Assembly (NCBI GenBank): GCA_023136205.1
Contig: JAGLRQ010000062.1
Coordinates: forward strand, 1-6,869
Direction: 5' to 3'
From: Candidatus Auribacterota bacterium
GTDB lineage: Bacteria; Auribacterota; UBA6266
Length of the DNA stretch: 6,869 nucleotides
The notes beneath the pieces were generated by a model that did not search any database, was not told the origin of the DNA, and saw only the letters and a list, made by a program, of their open reading frames with translations. A program made the translations under genes and the position numbers. Shown here piece after piece: positions 1-4,456 of this stretch (positions within the stretch are counted from its first letter, which is position 1; each line of letters starts with the position of its first letter).

Positions 1-1
1 C

Positions 2-457
2 AGGAAGACAGTTCCGGATTGTTCAAAGGAAGAAATATTATGCGCGCTGGAATCTTTCAGGGGAGGCCAGCTGCAGGTTCCTCCGATGTTTTCCGCGAAA
101 AAAGTGAATGGCAAAAAACTTTATAAACTTGCGAGGGCAGGGAAAGAAGTAGAAAGAAAACCCTCGGAGATAACTATTTTTGATATTGGCCTTTTGGATT
201 ACTCTCGTCCGGAATTGACTTTTTATGTAAAATGTTCCAAGGGAACATATTTAAGAACGCTTTGCAGTGATATAGGCAAAAAACTGGGTTGTTGCGCGTG
301 TATGACTGCTTTGAAGAGGACTCAGAATGGTGTTTTTAAGCTGGAGAATGCTGTCAGCCTGGATGATTTTATGGATATGAGTTGTGAAAAAATTAAAAGT
401 GTTATGTTGAGTTTGGATAAGGTAAATGAAATTATTAAAGAAGGAAGATCTGCTTAA
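2..457 (+). CDS. truB: tRNA pseudouridine(55) synthase TruB, C-terminal part; the 5' end lies upstream of the window
   Basis: The frame of the 86..457 ORF stays open back to nt 2. It reads RKTVPDCSKEEILCALESFRGGQLQVPPMFSAKKVNGKKLYKLARAG, which matches the TruB pattern Q-x-PP-x-(Y/F)SA-x-K-x-x-G-x-x-LY-x-x-AR-x-G. Downstream, CSKGTYLRTLCSDIGKKLG matches the conserved SKGTY(I/V)R-x-L-x-x-D-x-G segment. The M at 86 is internal, not the start. Stop is TAA at 455-457. Its position before ribF/rpsO/pnp is the classical synteny. Confidence 0.9.
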   Translation, partial: RKTVPDCSKEEILCALESFRGGQLQVPPMFSAKKVNGKKLYKLARAGKEVERKPSEITIFDIGLLDYSRPELTFYVKCSKGTYLRTLCSDIGKKLGCCACMTALKRTQNGVFKLENAVSLDDFMDMSCEKIKSVMLSLDKVNEIIKEGRSA

Positions 458-1361
458 TTTTGACGCCGGGACAGCTTTGACTATCGGCGTTTTTGACGGT
501 GTTCATTCAGGTCATCAGGAAATTATCAGGAATACAGTTGAGGAGGCTAAAGCGAAAGGCCTTGATTCTTTGCTCCTTACCTTTTCTTCTCATCCTTTGG
601 CCACCTTGTATCCGGGGAAAAAACCGCCGCTTCTTGCTTCTCTTGAACACAGGCTAAAACTTATTGAAAGCCTGGGTATTGATTATTGTTATGTACAGGA
701 ATTTTCCCGTGAGTTTGCGCGGACGGAACCGGTGGATTTTATTAAAAAATGGCTTATGAAGAATTTCCACCCTGAATTTATTTGTGTGGGCGGGAATTTT
801 CATTTTGGCCGCGGCAAAAAAGGCGATACCGTTTTTTTAAAGAAGGTTTGTTCTGAAATGGGAATAGGAGTTAAAATCGTTAAACCTGTGGAGGTGGAAG
901 GTGCCCGTGTCAGCAGTACTTTTATCAGGGGCCTTATTGAAAGCGGCCGGGTTAAAGAATCTGAAAGGTGTCTTGGAAGGAAATATTCGATAGTTGGAAC
1001 GGTGGTAAAAGGCAAGGGTGTGGGTAAGAAGATCGGGTTTCCTACCGCTAATATTGATCCCCACAATGAAGCCATGCCGCCAATCGGGGTTTATCTTACA
1101 AGAGTTATTTATGACGGGAATACTTTTGATTCGGTTACAAATGTAGGCAGTGAAGTTCCCGAAGGATGGGCCTTTGACAGAATTGTAGAGGCACACATTC
1201 TTGATTTCAATGAGAATATACTGGGTAAGAATATTGAGATAATCTTTTTTGATAAATTAAGAGAAGAACTGAAATTTGATAAAACAGAGGATCTATCTGC
1301 CCGGATTAGAGATGATGTTGAGAAAGCCAATAGATTTTTTGCTAAAGAGAGATTAAAATAA
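426..1361 (+). CDS. ribF: Bifunctional riboflavin kinase / FMN adenylyltransferase (FAD synthetase)
   Basis: 311 aa. The N-terminal nucleotidyltransferase motifs are present: LTIGVFDGVHSGHQ and RVSSTFIR. The C-terminal riboflavin kinase motifs are present: GFPTANI, PPIGVY and VEAHILDF. The ATG at 426 overlaps the truB 3' end by 32 nt, with AAGG at 419-422 only 3 nt upstream. An alternative in-frame TTG at 477 would give MTIGVFDGVH. Short N-termini of this kind occur in some RibF proteins, so the exact start is uncertain. Confidence 0.92.
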   Translation: MKLLKKEDLLNFDAGTALTIGVFDGVHSGHQEIIRNTVEEAKAKGLDSLLLTFSSHPLATLYPGKKPPLLASLEHRLKLIESLGIDYCYVQEFSREFARTEPVDFIKKWLMKNFHPEFICVGGNFHFGRGKKGDTVFLKKVCSEMGIGVKIVKPVEVEGARVSSTFIRGLIESGRVKESERCLGRKYSIVGTVVKGKGVGKKIGFPTANIDPHNEAMPPIGVYLTRVIYDGNTFDSVTNVGSEVPEGWAFDRIVEAHILDFNENILGKNIEIIFFDKLREELKFDKTEDLSARIRDDVEKANRFFAKERLK

Positions 1362-1363
1362 TT

Positions 1364-1382
1364 AGTAAACCCTTTACTTTTT
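1364..1382 (+). terminator. Weak candidate intrinsic terminator after ribF
   Basis: AGTAAA (1364-1369) and TTTACT (1373-1378) form a 6-bp stem with a CCC triloop, running into a T tract (1378-1382). The stem has only one G-C pair, so it is thermodynamically marginal. It may be leaky or non-functional. Confidence 0.2.
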
Positions 1383-1510
1383 CCGCGATATTCGGTAGAG
1401 TAGCTGGGTTTTGTTGGGTGATTTAAAATATTAATTAACCGGGATTTTGCCGGGGCGATATCCCATACGGCCCGCGCGATATCTCTGGCGCTTACGAAAG
1501 GAGGAGGAAA
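1383..1510 (+). promoter_or_regulatory. rpsO upstream region / candidate 5' leader, possibly an S15 autoregulatory element, plus the SD
   Basis: This 149-nt spacer is the longest in an otherwise compact cluster. GCGATAT occurs three times (1385-1391, 1455-1461, 1476-1482). The last two copies are GCGATATC and contain the self-complementary GATATC. There is an AT-rich block at 1421-1438. A strong SD, GGAGGAGG (1500-1507), precedes the ATG at 1511. No clean -35/-10 pair could be placed. Confidence 0.35.
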
Positions 1511-1780
1511 ATGGGATTGAATACTGATAAGAAAAAAGAGGTTATTAAAGAGTTCCAAAGGGCGGATAAAGATACGGGTTCTTCGGAGGTTCAGATAGCG
1601 TTGATCACTGCAAGGATAAGTGACCTATCGGAGCATTTGAAAGCTCATAAAAAGGATCATAGCAGCAGGAGAGGATTGCTCAAGCTCGTTGGCCAGCGCA
1701 GAAGGCTTCTTGACTACTTGATTACTAAAAGCCCCTCATTATATAAAGAAATTATATCTAAACTTAAACTGCGTAAATAG
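1511..1780 (+). CDS. rpsO: 30S ribosomal protein S15
   Basis: 89 aa. Segments [50 protein letters not shown] align nearly residue for residue with the canonical bacterial S15 (E. coli: [50 protein letters not shown]). A strong SD lies upstream. Confidence 0.97.
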   Translation: MGLNTDKKKEVIKEFQRADKDTGSSEVQIALITARISDLSEHLKAHKKDHSSRRGLLKLVGQRRRLLDYLITKSPSLYKEIISKLKLRK

Positions 1781-1795
1781 CGTTTTGGAGGTAGT

Positions 1796-3901
1796 ATGAT
1801 TAAAAAAGTTGAAAAAGAGATAGGTGGAAAGGTTTTATCCATAGAAGTTGGTAAACTGGCAAGACAGGCTGACGGGGCAGTTGTTGTAAGATATGGGGAT
1901 ACGATGGTTCTTGTTACTGCTGTTTCCAGTAAAGAAGCAAGGGAAAACATGGACTTCTTTCCGTTAACAGTGGATTACAGAGAAAATACTTATGCCGCCG
2001 GCAGGTTTCCGGGGGGATACATAAAAAGGGAAGGAAGGCCGACAGAAAAGGAAATTCTGACCGCGCGTTTTACTGACCGGCCGATCAGGCCGTTGTTCCC
2101 TGAAGGGTATTTTAACGAGGTTCAGATAATTGGCGCGGTGCTTTCGGCTGATCAGGAAAACAATCCTGATGTATTGACAATAGTTGGCGCTTCTGCCGCG
2201 TTGACTGTTTCCGATATTCCGTTCCTGGGGCCTATCGCGGCCGTGAGAGTCGCGAGAATAGACGGCAAATTTGTTGTTAATCCTGAATATGAAGATGTTA
2301 AAACGAGCGACCTTGAGCTTGTTGTTTCCGGGACATCGGATGCTGTGATGATGGTTGAAGGCGAAGCGAAGGAAGTGTCCGAAGAAGTTCTTCAGGAAGC
2401 AATAGATATAGGGCACGAAGCTATTAAAGAAATTAATGAAATTCAGGAAGAGCTCGCGAAAGCTCTTGGTGTAAAGAAGAGAGACGCGGTTCTTCATGAG
2501 ATTGATAAAGATATCTATTCTGCTATCAACGATTCTGTGATTGGAGATCTTGAGAAAACCATACTGATAAAAAATAAAAAAGAGAGAGAGAACGCGTTAA
2601 AAGCGCTTCTTGATAAAGCGGTAGCGCCGTTAAAAGAAAAAGACCCTGATGTATCAGATACGGATATAAAAATGGCTTTTAAGAAGATACAGAAAAAAGT
2701 TATGAGGGCTATGATAATCGAAAAAAGTATCCGTGCCGATGGAAGGGGACTGAAAGATGTAAGGCCTATTACATGCGAAGTTGGCCTTTTGCCGAGGACA
2801 CATGGTTCTGCTCTTTTTACAAGGGGGGAGACTCAGGCTCTCGCGATTACAACGCTCGGTACCGCGGGTGATGTCCAGAAATACGAGAATTTTGAAGGCG
2901 ACCAGGAGAAAACTTTTATGCTTCACTATAATTTTCCTCCGTTCAGCACCGGTGAATGCCGCTTTATGAGAGGCCCCGGCAGAAGGGAAATAGGCCATGG
3001 TTCTCTGGCTGAAAAGTCTATAAGCAATGTGCTGCCTGAAGATTATCCTTATACTATCAGGATTGTATCTGATGTTCTTGAATCCAACGGTTCTTCTTCC
3101 ATGGCTACTGTTTGTTCAAGTTCCATGTCGATGATGGAGGCCGGCGTCCCTATAAAATCCGCTGTTGCCGGTATAGCGATGGGCCTTATAAAAGAAGGTG
3201 AAAAAGAGGTTATCCTTTCCGATATACTCGGCCTTGAAGACTTCCTTGGAGATATGGATTTTAAAGTGGCTGGAACAGAAAAAGGTATTACCGGGTTTCA
3301 GATGGATATCAAGGTTGGAGGAATTTCTAAAGAAACAATGAAAACGGCTATGGCGCAGGCTAAGGAAGGAAGAATGCATATTCTGTCAGAAATGGATAAG
3401 TGTATTTCAGCCGAGAAAGAAGAGCTTTCCGAATATGCCCCGAGGCTCACTACAATTAAAATTGACCCGGAGAAAATCGGGCTTGTTATAGGCCCCGGCG
3501 GGAAGATGATAAAGGAAATCACCAAAACAACAGGCGCCGAACTCAACATTAATGACGAAGGTATAGTTCAGGTATCTTCGAATGATAAAGAAAGCATTGA
3601 GAAGGCTGTCAAATGGGTTAAAGATTTAACTGCTGAAATAGAGATAGGCAAAATCTACAAAGGTATCGTTAAAGATATTAAAGACTTTGGCTGTTTCGTT
3701 GAGGTTCTTCCCGGTAAAGATGGCCTGGTTCATATCTCACGCCTTGACAGCCGCAGGGTAAACAAAGTCACCGATATCTGTAAAGTAGGTGATGTGATGT
3801 GGGTTAAAGCAACAGAGAAAGATGAAAGAGGCAGGCTCGTACTAAGCCGAAAAGACGCGATGATAGACATGGCCAAAAAAGAAAACAAAAAAGAAGAATG
3901 A
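1796..3901 (+). CDS. pnp: Polyribonucleotide nucleotidyltransferase (PNPase)
   Basis: 701 aa with the full PNPase architecture. First RNase PH-like core: FPLTVDYRE, GGYIKREGRP, RPIRPLFP. Second core: IRADGR, HGSALFTRGETQAL, NFPPFSTGE, GRREIGHGSLAEK, ESNGSSSMA, GDMDFKVAGT. KH domain: GPGGKMIKEI, about nt 3478-3525. S1 domain: GIVKDIKDFGCFVEVLPGKDGLVHIS, about nt 3646-3860. GGAGG at 1787-1791 lies 4 nt before the ATG. Confidence 0.97.
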   Translation: MIKKVEKEIGGKVLSIEVGKLARQADGAVVVRYGDTMVLVTAVSSKEARENMDFFPLTVDYRENTYAAGRFPGGYIKREGRPTEKEILTARFTDRPIRPLFPEGYFNEVQIIGAVLSADQENNPDVLTIVGASAALTVSDIPFLGPIAAVRVARIDGKFVVNPEYEDVKTSDLELVVSGTSDAVMMVEGEAKEVSEEVLQEAIDIGHEAIKEINEIQEELAKALGVKKRDAVLHEIDKDIYSAINDSVIGDLEKTILIKNKKERENALKALLDKAVAPLKEKDPDVSDTDIKMAFKKIQKKVMRAMIIEKSIRADGRGLKDVRPITCEVGLLPRTHGSALFTRGETQALAITTLGTAGDVQKYENFEGDQEKTFMLHYNFPPFSTGECRFMRGPGRREIGHGSLAEKSISNVLPEDYPYTIRIVSDVLESNGSSSMATVCSSSMSMMEAGVPIKSAVAGIAMGLIKEGEKEVILSDILGLEDFLGDMDFKVAGTEKGITGFQMDIKVGGISKETMKTAMAQAKEGRMHILSEMDKCISAEKEELSEYAPRLTTIKIDPEKIGLVIGPGGKMIKEITKTTGAELNINDEGIVQVSSNDKESIEKAVKWVKDLTAEIEIGKIYKGIVKDIKDFGCFVEVLPGKDGLVHISRLDSRRVNKVTDICKVGDVMWVKATEKDERGRLVLSRKDAMIDMAKKENKKEE

Positions 3902-4347
3902 AACACATAAAGATAAAGATTAAAGTTCTTGAACACGCGCGTGATTTACCTGTCCCAAAATATATGAGTGAAGAAGCCAGCGGAATGGATCTTTACGCTG
4001 CTGTCGATAAAGATACAGAGCTTAAGCCGGGGGAGATATCTTTGATACCTACCGGTATTTGTATGTCGATTTTGCCGGGTTATGAAGCTCAGGTCAGGCC
4101 GCGCAGCGGGTTGTCTTTGAAACACGGATTAAGCATTGTTAATTCTCCGGGCACTATTGATTCCGACTACAGGGGAGAAATTGGCATAATCCTGATAAAC
4201 CTCGGCAAAGAACCGTTTGTTATAAAAAGAGGTTTGCGTATAGCCCAATTGATTCTCCAGGAAGTTATAAGGGGAGATATTTCTGTTGTGGCCGAACTTG
4301 CCGAAACCCAAAGAAATTCCGGCGGTTTTGGCCACACAGGACACTAA
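3898..4347 (+). CDS. dut: dUTP diphosphatase (trimeric dUTPase)
   Basis: 149 aa with the five canonical dUTPase motifs: ASGMDLYA, RPRSGL, GTIDSDYRGEI (nt 4150-4182), RIAQLIL and RNSGGFGHTG. The ATG at 3898 overlaps the pnp stop as ATGA. There is no extra insertion of the phage/SaPI type. Confidence 0.95.
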   Translation: MKHIKIKIKVLEHARDLPVPKYMSEEASGMDLYAAVDKDTELKPGEISLIPTGICMSILPGYEAQVRPRSGLSLKHGLSIVNSPGTIDSDYRGEIGIILINLGKEPFVIKRGLRIAQLILQEVIRGDISVVAELAETQRNSGGFGHTGH

Positions 4348-4351
4348 ATTT

Positions 4352-4423
4352 GTCATCCGGATCTTTGTTGCGGTATTTATTAACAAGGTAGGGTCATCCT
4401 GAACTTGTTTCAGGATCTATTGT
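4352..4423 (+). repeat. Duplicated palindromic motif in the dut-ftsK spacer; the second copy forms an 8-bp hairpin
   Basis: Copy 1 is GTCATCC-GGATCT-TTGT (4352-4368) and contains the perfect 8-bp palindrome ATCCGGAT (4355-4362). Copy 2 is GTCATCC-[TGAACTTGTTTCA]-GGATCT-A-TTGT (4393-4423). Its arms ATCCTGAA (4396-4403) and TTCAGGAT (4409-4416) are perfectly complementary around a 5-nt loop. The function could be terminator-like or operator-like and is unresolved. Confidence 0.4.
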
Positions 4424-4429
4424 AAATTA

Positions 4430-4435
4430 TATAAT
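4430..4435 (+). promoter_or_regulatory. Candidate -10 hexamer for ftsK
   Basis: A perfect TATAAT lies 21 nt upstream of the ftsK ATG, with AAGG (4447-4450) as a weak SD between them. The best -35-like hexamer, TTGTTT (4405-4410), is at a suboptimal 19-nt spacing and sits inside the hairpin loop and 3' arm. AT-rich spacers produce such hexamers by chance. Confidence 0.22.
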
Positions 4436-4456
4436 TAATTCAACCCAAGGCTGACA

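Noticed and set aside
800-1196. Minus-strand ORFs 800..1075 and 837..1196 lie inside ribF, and 1714..1950 spans the rpsO/pnp junction.
   Set aside because: These are antisense to conserved coding sequence, have no motifs, and two of them overlap each other. They are shadow ORFs.
1394-1408. GGTAGAGTAGCTGGG resembles tRNA D-arm sequence, raising the possibility of a tRNA or tRNA-like element in the spacer.
   Set aside because: There is no acceptor stem, no anticodon arm and no GTTCRANYC T-loop on either strand within 1362-1510. A cloverleaf cannot be drawn.
1421-1438. The AT-rich block ATTTAAAATATTAATTAA could be the rpsO sigma70 promoter.
   Set aside because: -10-like hexamers are present (TAAAAT at 1424-1429, TATTAA at 1429-1434). 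No acceptable -35 (TTGACA-like) lies at 16-18 nt spacing. TTGTTG at 1411-1416 is only 7 nt upstream of TAAAAT and 12 nt upstream of TATTAA. A promoter may exist here but I cannot place it.
1109-1558. A 149-aa minus-strand ORF stays open across the entire ribF-rpsO spacer and into both flanking genes.
   Set aside because: It starts antisense inside rpsO and ends antisense inside ribF, both of which are unambiguous conserved genes. Its sequence is low-complexity (S/L/F/N-rich) with no recognisable motif and no evident SD. The RDIA/WDIA repeats in it are just the reverse complement of the GCGATAT repeats. An open antisense frame is expected opposite purine-rich sense DNA.
2581-2590. An (AG)5 microsatellite inside pnp.
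   Set aside because: It simply encodes the charged helical-linker residues KERENA. It is too short to be a meaningful repeat.
1964-3936. Several minus-strand ORFs lie inside pnp (1964..2497 at 177 aa, 2654..2998, 3116..3379, 3298..3549, 3730..3936). There is also a + strand alternative-frame ORF at 2781..2969.
   Set aside because: All are fully embedded in a PNPase gene whose motifs are intact along its whole length. The translations are R/F/S/L-rich with no domain signatures. They are typical shadow ORFs, arising because the GAA/AAG/AAA-rich sense codons rarely produce antisense stops.
4401-4412. GAACTTGTTTCA resembles a Gram-positive LexA (Cheo) box, GAAC-N4-GTTC.
   Set aside because: The right half-site is TTCA rather than GTTC, and the true dyad here is TGAA-N5-TTCA. 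That does not match any LexA consensus I can recall with confidence. It is kept only as a generic dyad in the findings.
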